The translations under genes were made by a program, and so were the position numbers. 42,914 nt of DNA from a bacterium (GTDB lineage: Bacteria; Patescibacteriota; Gracilibacteria; Absconditabacterales; Absconditicoccaceae): the NCBI GenBank assembly GCA_020629735.1, contig JAHDCT010000001.1:1-42914 (forward strand), in the 5' to 3' direction. The notes beneath the pieces are model-generated. The model did no database searches. It was not told the origin of the DNA and was given only the letters and a program-made list of their open reading frames with translations. Position 1 is the first letter of the stretch. Each line of letters opens with the position of its first letter. Positions 34,388 through 42,914 of this stretch are shown piece by piece.

Positions 34388-34800
34388 CAACTCTCGTAAC
34401 GTAAAATAAAACAAAGATATTGTACCTAGCTCCTACCCTGATTATCAGTCTACTGGATTCTATTGTATATCCTCTTCTTATCGAATTGGGGGTGTCACTT
34501 ATTTTGTGTACCCCCATAATTGGTTTGTGCAAAAGGATTAGGGAAAACTAGGGAAAACTCAGTAATCTTACATGTAAGCTTACATGTATGCATACAAGCA
34601 TAAAGCTCTGAAAATCAGTAAGTTACAAGGAAAAATAACTTAAAATAACTGAGCAATAACTTATAATAACTGAAGTCCCGAAGACCCGTGTACCTTAAGC
34701 ACGCAGTTAGATGAATCCTTACTCCAGCCTATCGCGAGAGTATCTACCTCAGAGGGTATACGGACATCTGTGATGGGAAATCCCATTCAAAAAAACCTGC
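34388..34800 (-). ncRNA. RT-proximal structured non-coding unit 1 (candidate RT-associated ncRNA / msr-msd-like leader)
   Basis: Lies between promoter 34807..34834 and the RT start, with no credible ORF. The 5' ~110 nt and the 3' hairpin region are conserved with unit 2, including a 45-nt identical core (34733-34777). The central ~150 nt is unique and full of short repeats and palindromes. Confidence 0.55.
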
Positions 34801-34806
34801 CCTCAA

Positions 34807-34834
34807 GCTATATTTATTACTAAACTTAAGTCAA
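34807..34834 (-). promoter_or_regulatory. sigma70-like promoter of unit 1 / RT
   Basis: On the - strand: TTGACT (34829-34834), 16-nt spacer, TATAGC (34807-34812). The same arrangement and flanks (ATATTGACTT...TATAG.TTGAG) occur at 35283..35310. Confidence 0.5.
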
Positions 34835-34856
34835 TATACTTTTTTCATTTATCTAT

Positions 34857-34886
34857 AAAAAAACCTATCTTAAGAAAGGTTTTTTC
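34857..34886. terminator. bidirectional intrinsic terminator separating unit 2 from unit 1
   Basis: A7, then AAACCT-loop-AGGTTT, then T6. On the - strand the stem is followed by T7. Confidence 0.6.
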
Positions 34887-35276
34887 TAAACTTGCTGTAT
34901 TATCGTCTTTTTTTTTCAAGTTGGGGCGATAGGTTATTCCTACTCCCCCAAAATTGGTGTGTACTAAAATGGTCGTGTGAATGGTTCACATAAATTTATG
35001 AATGATTCACATAAATTTGTGAATGGTTCACATGAATTTACGAATGATTCACAAAGCTCGCAAATCTTTGATTATCAGGCTATTATAAGCTAGATAACGC
35101 CAGATAACAATTCCATGGAAATTCCGAGAAATTTCCAGAAATTTCCGTAAATATTCATGATCTTCAGGACCTTTAGTAGGCAGTTAGACCATCCTTACTC
35201 CGGCTTAACGCGAGAGTATCTACCTCAGAGGGTATACGGACATCTGTGATGGGCACTACCCATTCATTAGTTCTGC
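34864..35276 (-). ncRNA. distal structured non-coding unit 2 (stand-alone paralogue of unit 1)
   Basis: Own promoter (35283..35310) and terminator (34857..34886). Conserved 5' block includes the 45-nt core identical to unit 1 (35209-35253). The conserved 3' motif GTACACACCAATTTTGGGGG opens a G/C hairpin (34921-34951). The central ~200 nt is unrelated to unit 1. Confidence 0.55.
34977..35060. repeat. four tandem 21-nt repeats, each containing a 13-nt palindrome
   Basis: GTGAATGGTTCACATAAATTT / ATGAATGATTCACATAAATTT / GTGAATGGTTCACATGAATTT / ACGAATGATTCACAAAGCTCG. Palindromes are GTGAAnnnTTCAC and the junctional CATAAATTTATG (34989-35000). Confidence 0.9.
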
Positions 35277-35282
35277 ACTCAA

Positions 35283-35310
35283 ACTATAAATCTTCAGATC
35301 ATGAAGTCAA
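35283..35310 (-). promoter_or_regulatory. sigma70-like promoter of unit 2
   Basis: On the - strand: TTGACT (35305-35310), 16-nt spacer, TATAGT (35283-35288). Confidence 0.5.
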
Positions 35311-35324
35311 TATATTCTCATTCT

Positions 35325-35912
35325 TTACTCATTTTCTGGAAATAATCCTTCTTTGATAGCCTTTTCGTAATATCTCTCAAAAATTGATGCCGTCTGCTGA
35401 GAATACCCCATTACCTTCTTGTTGTGCGCTCTACTTTTCTCTTGTGTAATTCATTCCTCATTCCGCAATCTCCCATCACTATTTTGGGCGAGAGCTTGTA
35501 ACTTATCAAGTGTTTTGGCAAATTTTGCTTCTTCATTTGACTGCTCTTCATACATGATTCGTAAATCATGAAATTCTTTTGCTTCTTTTTCCGGCAGCTG
35601 ACTAAATAACTGATGAGCAGATTTTTTTTCACGTTCCTCTTTTTATTTCTTTCCTTTCTCATCAAACGCAAACACATCCTTTGCATAAATTTCTACTAAA
35701 TCATGTACAAGGATAATTTTTAGCGTTAGAAGGAGGTCTACATCAGTATATCATAACTCGTCTTTTAGCAGTATTGCAAACATACACATGTGTCGCTCGT
35801 GTTCTGCGTCATTTTCTCTTCTTTGAATCCCTCAGACATACCCTCTTCTAAAGGTTCTTTTAAACTTATCTAACTCTGCTAGAAAGTCGATTTTCATCTG
35901 AATTTTATCCAT
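35325..35912 (-). pseudogene. HD-domain phosphohydrolase (YfbR-like) interrupted by one in-frame TAA
   Basis: ATG at 35912 and TAA at 35325-35327 are in the same frame, with an internal TAA at 35643-35645 confirmed by coordinates. MDKIQMKIDFLAELDKFKRTFRRGYVGGIQRRENDAEHERHMCMFAILL...LKIILVHDLVEIYAKDVFAFDEKGKK, stop, KEEREKKSAHQLFSQLPEKEAKEFHDLRIMYEEQSNEEAKFAKTLDKLQAL... Contains H..HD..D-type motifs. Confidence 0.7.
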
Positions 35913-36056
35913 CTTTCTTTTTTTTATGTAAATACTTTTCTTCTATACTGATCATGCTTTTCACTTCAAAAGACTTCAGCAAAATGAACAGTTAAGGCCT
36001 ATTGACTTCTTCTTCATTTTATTTATTTTATCTTTATTTTATTTCAACTCTATTCT

Positions 36057-36623
36057 ATGTCTATTAGCTTGTGAGACCTAAGACGATATGAAGGAATCAA
36101 GAATGCAGAAAGATATGAAAAGCCAAGAACGAGACTTGGGTACCATGTTGATTTTCTCTTAAAAAACCTTTGATTCAGAAGTCTATGAGACTTTGCAGCG
36201 GCTGATCCCGTGACCTATAGGAAACTCAGCAAACTCTGAAGAAAATGACTCATGTATAAAAACGAGATGGAGCCCCTTCTCAAATCTAGATCTAGTAGCA
36301 TCCTGATGAAGAGTAACGGACGTCTCGTTAAGACAGATCTTAATGATTACTCACTTAAAAGCTGAGACAAGCTTAACGAATACCTTCGTGAAAATTGGCA
36401 AGGTCTCAATCCTTCAGTTACTATTACTCTTGTGAACGATTCATGAACAGAAAGAGAATTTGAAGTTATTAATTATATCAGTCGTGATGGTCTTTGATGA
36501 GCTATTTACTCACAAAGCTGGATTAGTGATTATGTGAACTATATTGTGGTTCGCGAAAATCTCTGAGGCAATGATCCTGAGTATTGAGAAGAGTTTATTA
36601 TGCCTATTAGGTTAGATCAGTAG
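36057..36623 (+). CDS. hypothetical protein (188 aa)
   Basis: ATG at 36057, TAG at 36621-36623, frame checked, 14 in-frame TGA. No family recognised. Confidence 0.7.
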
Positions 36624-36677
36624 TTTCTTCAGACTGTTTAATAACTTTTTTAAGAATATATTTAATTAACTTTATTC

Positions 36678-37238
36678 ATGTCAAAGAAAGCACTCGAATT
36701 AAGCTTTGATAGATACGATGAAACTGATTTAATTTCCGTTTTAAAGTTTGCCAGTAGTTTTCTATCGTCAAAATCAAAAGCTATCGCAATATTAACCATT
36801 GATGAAGAACCAAAACATGAAATAAATGTTTTTCTTATGAAACTATGAAATGAATTGGCAGAACTTAGTGTTCTCGTCTCTTGAGAAGAAGTTGAAAGTT
36901 GACTAAAGATAACACTTTCGAAAATTGACGAAAATATTCCCTTATCAACACTCACAAAACATACTATATGAGACGTCTTAAATGAGTTAGAATGCCTTTC
37001 TGGTAAGACTAAGACTAAAGACATCCTTCTCGGCGTATGTAGTCAAAAAGGGGTGACTAATTTGTTTGATTTTGTACATTCTTTTTCAGAGGACTCATTT
37101 AAAGGTATTAAATGAATAGGTAAATCGACACGAGTCTGGATCTGTACGGATATGAGAGATTTTATTGATGAGCAATATACAGAATGACAATGAGATATCA
37201 TTATGAAAAAATTTAGACCTAATCCTAAGTGGTTTTAA
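36678..37238 (+). CDS. hypothetical protein (186 aa)
   Basis: ATG at 36678, TAA at 37236-37238, frame checked, 8 in-frame TGA (MSKKALELSFDRYDETDLISVLKFASSFL...). Preferred over the antisense standard-code ORF 36662..37024. Confidence 0.6.
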
Positions 37239-38665
37239 ACAAGAGAAGCTGCTTCCTCCCCTATTTTTTCAACGATATCCTCATCGACACAGTGACCTCC
37301 TTCATAGGTATTCAGTTGATACTCATCAGGAACTACTAAGTATCAAATATATCCATTTGTGTAGGAACTAAACACCATATGCTCTGGCACGATTCCTTTT
37401 TCTTCTTTGAAAAGAGAAAGGATTTTTAACTTGCCTTTCACGGTAAGCTCTCCTGGAAGCATTACGATATAGATATCTCACATCTTTTTTACAGATATCT
37501 CTGCACTTTGAGGAAGGCAGTCCATTCATTCTTTTTTCATTAAATACTTCACTTTTCTCACAAGAGGATCAACGATTGGTAGTGCTGCTGATAGCAAATT
37601 AAGCTTTGTAAGCGAATATGATCACATTACTCTCCCTTCTGAATCTAGTAAACTTGGTCTGTGCGTTTTTTTTCTTACTTTTGCTATCTTGGTCCAAAGC
37701 TTACTAACCAGCTGAGCATGTGTAGGTCATTTTCCATCAAAAGTTCCTTCTATAATTTTTGGTCATATCGCTCACGTCACATCTATCCTTGAAAATGACT
37801 GTTGTATAGACGGATGAATTTCTTTCCTTTCTTTCCCGTAAAGAACTTCTTCTAACACTGTTTTTGCTAATCACCTTCATATCTCTTTCGCACGTTTCCA
37901 TTCGGTCTCTCTTTTTCTTTTTTTAGGATGGACCAACTCAGAGTAAGGTGACATATTTCAAGCATTGCTAGGTACGACTGATACAACTACATCTTCTCCT
38001 AAGTGCGCGTTAATAGACTCACGAAAAAAGGTTATCCAATCCCCATGAGGTACTCGATTCTCATTTCAAAGACAGGTTGGATGAGGCCCTCAAAATACTT
38101 CAAGTCAGTGAATATATCACTCCTTGTCTTTAAACACAAATATATCTAGTGTTTGATCGACTAGTGGATCTTGTACATTGAGTCTATCGTGAAAAAATCT
38201 CCTTAATCACATTGTTCTGACAAATTCTACATCACACTCTTCAAGTGCATCTTTTGCTTGAAGAACAACTTCAACCGACTTCTCTACTAATTCTTCGACC
38301 CATTCCTCACTTTTTCCTCCTGCAGATGCGTCATATAATGCCACTCCTACATGCCCTCAAAAACTTGCATGCGTATGGGTAGCTGATACGGAAATATGGA
38401 CCTTTTTGCTTTCTATTTGCAGCGCATCAATTACTTCGTTTCTTATACGATTGATGACTCCATTTCCCCAAAAGCACACATCTCCACAGATAGTAATAAA
38501 AATATCTTCCCCAACTTTCTGATAATGCGCCTGCATTTCCAAATTTGCATGTATTTTGTAACAGCCTTCTTTGTCTGGGCGGTTTTTTTGAAAGTTTGCG
38601 TATCATAAAAATCATTGATCAATATCGGTCTTTAAGTTGACCGAACCTCAGCCATATTCTAACAT
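37235..38665 (-). CDS. neutral-ceramidase-like hydrolase (476 aa), assignment tentative
   Basis: ATG at 38665, TAA at 37235-37237, frame scanned. ...GFLGYANFQKNRPDKEGCYKIHANLEMQAHYQKVGEDIFITICGDV...KVHISVSATHTHASFGGH... resembles the N-terminal ceramidase-type fold motif (SATHTHsgPgG). Overlaps the convergent gene by 4 nt. Confidence 0.75.
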
Positions 38666-38744
38666 ATATTTTTCTTTTTCTTAGTTGCAAAAAATGTAGT
38701 TACCATACGGATCGAGCAAAGAAAATCAAAGCTCACTAATCAAA

Positions 38745-38777
38745 AATCACACGTTTTTTACGTGTGATTATTTTTTT
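38745..38777. terminator. bidirectional intrinsic terminator
   Basis: Perfect 9-bp stem AATCACACG / CGTGTGATT with a 7-nt loop and T-runs on both strands. Lies downstream of 38796..39647 (-). Confidence 0.6.
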
Positions 38778-38795
38778 GTTCTCTTCGGCCTTTTC

Positions 38796-39647
38796 TTAGC
38801 AATTATCAAATAGCTCACATAAGGTATCTTCTAAGTCGATTGCTGGATTCTCAATCTCTAGCTGAAGAGTCATTGTATTGTTTTGCATATCCGTGTGAGT
38901 TTCCTCGAGTCAGGTATAGACTTTTACTTCTATGTCATAATTTCCAACATCAAGAAGTATTTCTTCAACATCATACATTAACCTACACCCAAGCTCTGGA
39001 ACAGCATACTTTCCTGATCACAGGTGTTCACATGATCATGACATTTCTCGCATATCTGCTTTTTTTACCAGTATTCAATCCTGCTTGATAGATATCTGTG
39101 CGGTAACTTGTTCTGAACGTGCTAGATTATGTTCAAGCACAACTTCAACTTCGGCAATGTCCCCTAGATCAAACACGTTATTACTACTACTAACTCATGA
39201 TCCATTACTCATTATAAACTGCATAGCAACAATGCGGAAATCAGGATCTATTCCTTTTGGTATGGTTCTTTGTGCTATTTCACGTTCTAACGCATAGTGT
39301 ATTACCTCTAAGTAAAACTCGACCATGACACTTAGTCCATCGGTTGCAAGCATTAGTTCGATTCTTTTAAGCCTTTCATTAATCCGTTTTAGGTGTTCTG
39401 CTACTCCTACTTTTTGTATATTTCCCTCTGCTCGTCCTTCAACAAAATCTTGAATTGTTTTAGCTGGAGCTTCAAATTCTGAACCACAGGCAAGAGGCAA
39501 GACACGTGCATTATCTCCTGCACAGTGCTTTGTTATTATTATTGAATCATATTGAAAACTTATCGATTCAGTTTGCCAAGCAGATTGAGTTATTGAAATC
39601 ATTCATAATGCGCACAAAGTGAAAAGTGCTTTTTTCAAAAGAGTCAT
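38796..39647 (-). CDS. secreted hypothetical protein (283 aa)
   Basis: ATG at 39647, TAA at 38796-38798, frame scanned. Signal-peptide-like MTLLKKALFTLCALGMISITQSAWQ. No family recognised. Confidence 0.8.
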
Positions 39648-39819
39648 TTTTAAATATTATTTTTAAAACATTACTTTACCTCACTTAGATGTAATGACTT
39701 TTTAGTCTTATACAATATTATCGTTTATTTATACAATAAACTTGACATCACAAACATCTTCATCATTCTTTTACTATTATTTTCGTCTCATTCTTTAACC
39801 TATACCCAAACACTTCTTT

Positions 39820-41325
39820 ATGGAACAACTCGATCATATTAGAAAAACCATACAAAAAAAAGCGTGGTCTCGAACCCGAGAAGAGTTTGTCTATCGCATT
39901 ATGAGTCGATTTCCTGTTGTTCTGTACAAACATGATTGAGTTGTTTCCAGACATCCGAAAACTTCCAGAGTCTTATGAGTCAAACATATGACGGAGTTTG
40001 AAGAATACAGACAAGATATCCCTTTTCTTGAAGAAGAGGAAATTGTCCGAAATGATTTTTTTCTTACCTATCAAAAACTTTTTTCTCGTGTTTCGCTCCC
40101 TGCTATTATCTTCTTTTTTGAGAATGAGAACTGCGAATATGCAGATGCAGTTCTTGGTGTAAAAAATGTGTATCTAAGCTTCGTTGCTTCTAAGGGATCT
40201 GAAAACGTTTGTTACAGCTTTAGTGTTAAAAGCAAATGTATCAATATTTTTAATAGTTTTCTTGTGTGGAATCATTGTGAAAATATTTACTCATCAAAAT
40301 GAATCACCTCCTCATATAATATTTTCTACTCCAAGTATATCTGGAACTGTCGTGATTGTTGGTTTTCTCATGGACTGATTTGATGTACGGAGTGCCTTTG
40401 ATGCACTGACCTAGAGAATGCTTCATACTGCATTGAAAATAAACACTACTCTCAAGAAGACTATCAACGCCTTAAACAGTGATATATTAATAAGCAGTTG
40501 CAAAAAATTATCGATGGATCCTACTCACCACCAGAAGGAAGAAACTTTTGTATTTCTTCAGACAAGGTTACATGATCTTACATAATTTCATCGGAACACG
40601 TAGAAAACTGATATTTCGTCCAATCTCTCCGTAAAGGGAAAAATCTCTATGTTACTTGATCATGATCATGATGATGATCATCTGACCAAGCTAATGTTTT
40701 TTCATGATGAGGTACATCGCATTTTTATAACATCATGTGATGAGGAAGAAGCTGCGAGCATATTTATTGTTCCGCAAATGTTGTCGCATGCTATAACGTC
40801 TTTTACTCCTACTTTATGGACTCATGTTCCTACTGCTTTTGATGTATCTGACTCAAAAATAAAGAATATTGTCTTTTTAATAAACAATATAGTAAGGAAG
40901 ACCGATATGAGCATATAGACCGTCTGACTCAGTATATGGAACAACAGGAGGTTCTCTGAGATTTTTTCCCATGATCAATGAGTCCTTTTTACTTTAATGA
41001 CAGTGCTGCCGCCCTTGTCCTTTGAGAGACTGTTAGTAAGGAGCAAGTTCTAACTGATGGATATCTCTGGAGGGATGAGTCTATTGTTATCGATCTTCCT
41101 GAATGAACCACCTGTATTTCATCAGCTGATCTCAGCAATTTCGAAACTCGAACTACAGACTGAATTTCAATTGATCCGTCTATCCTCCAGCAGGTCATAG
41201 AAACACCTACCTGAGATAAATATAGAATTATAGCTATGGAGCTTGCTTTTCTTCAGAAATACTGACTTCCTCTCCCTAGACGTCATCGGTTAGAAAGATT
41301 AAGAAGCATGTTTCGCCTTTACTAA
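39820..41325 (+). CDS. Cys-rich tandem-repeat protein, paralogue 2 (501 aa)
   Basis: ATG at 39820, TAA at 41323-41325, frame checked line by line. ...ENENCEYADAVLGVKNVYLSFVASKGSENVCYSFSVKSKCINIFNSFLVWNHCENIYSS...CSYCFGCIGLKNKEYCLFNKQYSKED...FFPGSMSPFYFND...YRIIAMELAFLQKYGLPLPRRHRLERL. Confidence 0.85.
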
Positions 41326-41337
41326 TAATTTTTTCGC

Positions 41338-42819
41338 ATGAGCCTTCAGCAACGACAGAAGATTATTCAAGAAAAGAGAAAGCAAACTACTTGGGAAGAC
41401 TATATCCATCAACTTGCGAGTTGGCTTCCATTGGTTTTTTATAAGATAGGAGAAGGTATTGCTATCTCTAGGTATCCAAAAACTGATAGGCTTGATCGTA
41501 TCGTTTCACCTCAAACTTTTGAAGATGAAAAAGGGGATTTCCTAAAAACCTGACCTTGATACCAGTCTGGTGTCGATTTTTTTGACCAGATGGTTGCACT
41601 TTATAGACAAGTACCCCAACCTGCAATTCTTAGAGATCCTTTGAGTGAAAACGTTAGATATGCAGATGCAGTCTGGTTTGGGAAAAATGTTTACCTAAGC
41701 TTCATTGTCATAGATAATTGCGAGAATATTGCTTACTCCTTCTATATCCAAAATAATGTCAGGAATTGCTACAACAGCGTTATGGTATGGAATCATTGTG
41801 ATAACGTCTATCATAGTAGTTGAGTCATTCATTCTAGTGACATATTTTATTCATCATGCATTCTTAATTCGTCTTCTTGTTGGTTTAGCACTAATCTAGT
41901 TTGATGTAATGAATGCTTATTTTGCGATGGTCTCGAAAACACATCATTCCATATCCATAACACCGCTTATTCAAAAGAAAATTATTTTAAGAAAAAAGAA
42001 GAGCTCCTGTCTCAGAAACACCAATTTTCACAACGAGCGCAAGAAATCTCACCTACAACTGAGAATTGGTGATCAAAAAATGTCGAATGATATTGCTGTC
42101 TAAAATCAACTGACCTACATCAAGCTGCTTACTCCTATAGAATTCATGGATGAAGAAATGTCTTATTTGCTTGAGATGAAGAAGGAAAAAAAGAAATCTA
42201 CGATGTTGTTTGAGCTGATCAGATATGAGAAGGAAATATGTATGCCTGCACTAATATGTGAACTTCCTCCCATTCATACTGCAGTGACTGCTGCCAAATT
42301 ACGCAGAGTTTCTACTGTTTTTTCTGTATCCAATGCTCGTATTGTTTTTGATGTGTTTGACTCAGTAATGCTTCCTACTGTATTCTTAACAAGCAATACA
42401 CCAAAGAAGAACGACATCGTATTGTTGACGAGATCTGTGCAGACCTGAATCAAAAATGAACCTTATGAGACGTTTTTCCTGCTCATATGAATCCCTTTTA
42501 CTATAACGATACTTTAGCTCATCTTATTCTTCCAAAGGAGAAAGAAGAGGTTACAAAAAAAGGATATCTGTGGAGAGACGAAGATGTACGTGTAAACATC
42601 CCTGAATGAAAAGATATTGTCTCTTCTACTGACGTACAAAAGTGACTCCTTGATTGAAAATATTCGTACTCTGACCTTCCCTGACTTATTTTATCTGATG
42701 CAGGTTGAGATGTCTTCACTATCCAGCAATTGGAAGCTGAATTCCTTGAAAAGTATCAGTTACCTTTACCAGAACTGCATTGGTTGAAAAGAATTAAGAG
42801 TCATATGAAGTGATTATAA
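41338..42819 (+). CDS. Cys-rich tandem-repeat protein, paralogue 3 (493 aa)
   Basis: ATG at 41338 (12 nt after the previous stop, same frame), TAA at 42817-42819, frame checked. ...SENVRYADAVWFGKNVYLSFIVIDNCENIAYSFYIQNNVRNCYNSVMVWNHCDNVYHSS...CSYCFGCVGLSNASYCILNKQYTKEE...VFPAHMNPFYYND...FTIQQLEAEFLEKYQLPLPELHWLKRI. Confidence 0.85.
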
Positions 42820-42914
42820 GGTATAACCAATTCATTTAAATGGAAAGAAAAACATTCATCAGCAAATTGCTAAAATTACTGCCTTTAAATGAACTATAAG
42901 CAATTATATGAGGT

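Noticed and set aside
34977-35060. CRISPR array
   Set aside because: The 21-nt repeats are directly adjacent with no spacers, there are only four copies, and no cas genes are present.
34964-35090. Short plus-strand ORF across the 21-nt repeats (MVVGMVHINLGMIHINLGMVHMNL...)
   Set aside because: It is only a by-product of the repeat periodicity (21 = 7 codons). It has no RBS or promoter on the + strand and the peptide is low-complexity.
34388-35310. Diversity-generating retroelement (TR/VR pair) explanation for the two similar units
   Set aside because: Differences between the copies are not restricted to adenines. The similar parts are the flanks rather than a coding 3' end. Neither copy lies inside an ORF, and the RT motifs (LPQGSPTS, YIDD, ITG) look retron-like rather than DGR-like.
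32330-35310. Group II intron explanation for RT plus structured flanks
   Set aside because: There is no domain V/VI-like sequence downstream of the RT stop, only a terminator. The RT has no maturase (X) or En domain. The upstream structured region is duplicated, and each copy has its own promoter.
36662-37024. 120-aa UGA-free ORF on the minus strand
   Set aside because: It lies antisense to a 186-aa plus-strand ORF whose sequence looks more protein-like, with normal UGA-Gly use and a clean ATG and stop. The minus ORF is Ser/Phe-rich and has no signals. Kept as an artefact, though not with certainty.
37235-37238. 4-nt overlap of convergent stop codons (36678..37238 and 37235..38665)
   Set aside because: This is ordinary compact-genome packing and not evidence of anything functional.
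1-42914. Genetic code 4 (UGA=Trp) as the explanation for in-frame TGA
   Set aside because: The TGAs align with invariant Gly residues (GxGxxG, NQG, VDGG, LGS), not Trp. TGA-rich stretches give plausible Gly/Ser linkers, but would give implausible poly-Trp.

Overview
AT-rich bacterial chromosomal segment that can only be read under genetic code 25 (UGA=Gly, as in Gracilibacteria/Absconditabacteria-type CPR lineages). The supplied standard-code ORF track is fragmented. Re-reading by hand with UGA=Gly gives about 27 long, tightly packed CDSs whose in-frame UGAs fall on conserved glycines (adhesin NQG and PAGL, SDR TGSDSGIGKG and VDGGY, Psd LGS, transposase HTGLG). I walked nearly every long CDS codon by codon (frame-consistency plus translation for 7218..7964) and found no in-frame TAA/TAG except where noted. 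Content from left to right: a frameshifted IS481-like transposase remnant; a TrmB-like regulator; a Cys-rich repeat protein, with two more paralogues in tandem at the right end; a secreted YVTN-type beta-propeller; an SDR oxidoreductase; tRNA-Arg(GCG); two small 4-TM paralogues; two UGA-free paralogous small proteins with duplicated 3' UTR/terminators; a 560-aa possible wHTH protein; a 2,669-aa DUF11-repeat adhesin-like protein; Psd; a UGA-free 1,032-aa UPF0182 membrane protein; a 524-aa hypothetical; a 1,536-aa membrane-anchored HExxH protein. The most interesting locus (32.8-35.9 kb) is a retron-type reverse transcriptase preceded on the same strand by two tandem ~400-nt non-coding units. 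Each unit has its own sigma70-like promoter. The units share conserved structured flanks, including a 45-nt identical core, but carry unrelated, internally repetitive or palindromic cores. An HD-domain gene interrupted by an in-frame TAA lies just upstream. Limits: no searches were run, family names come from motif recognition, and RNA structures and promoters are read by eye.
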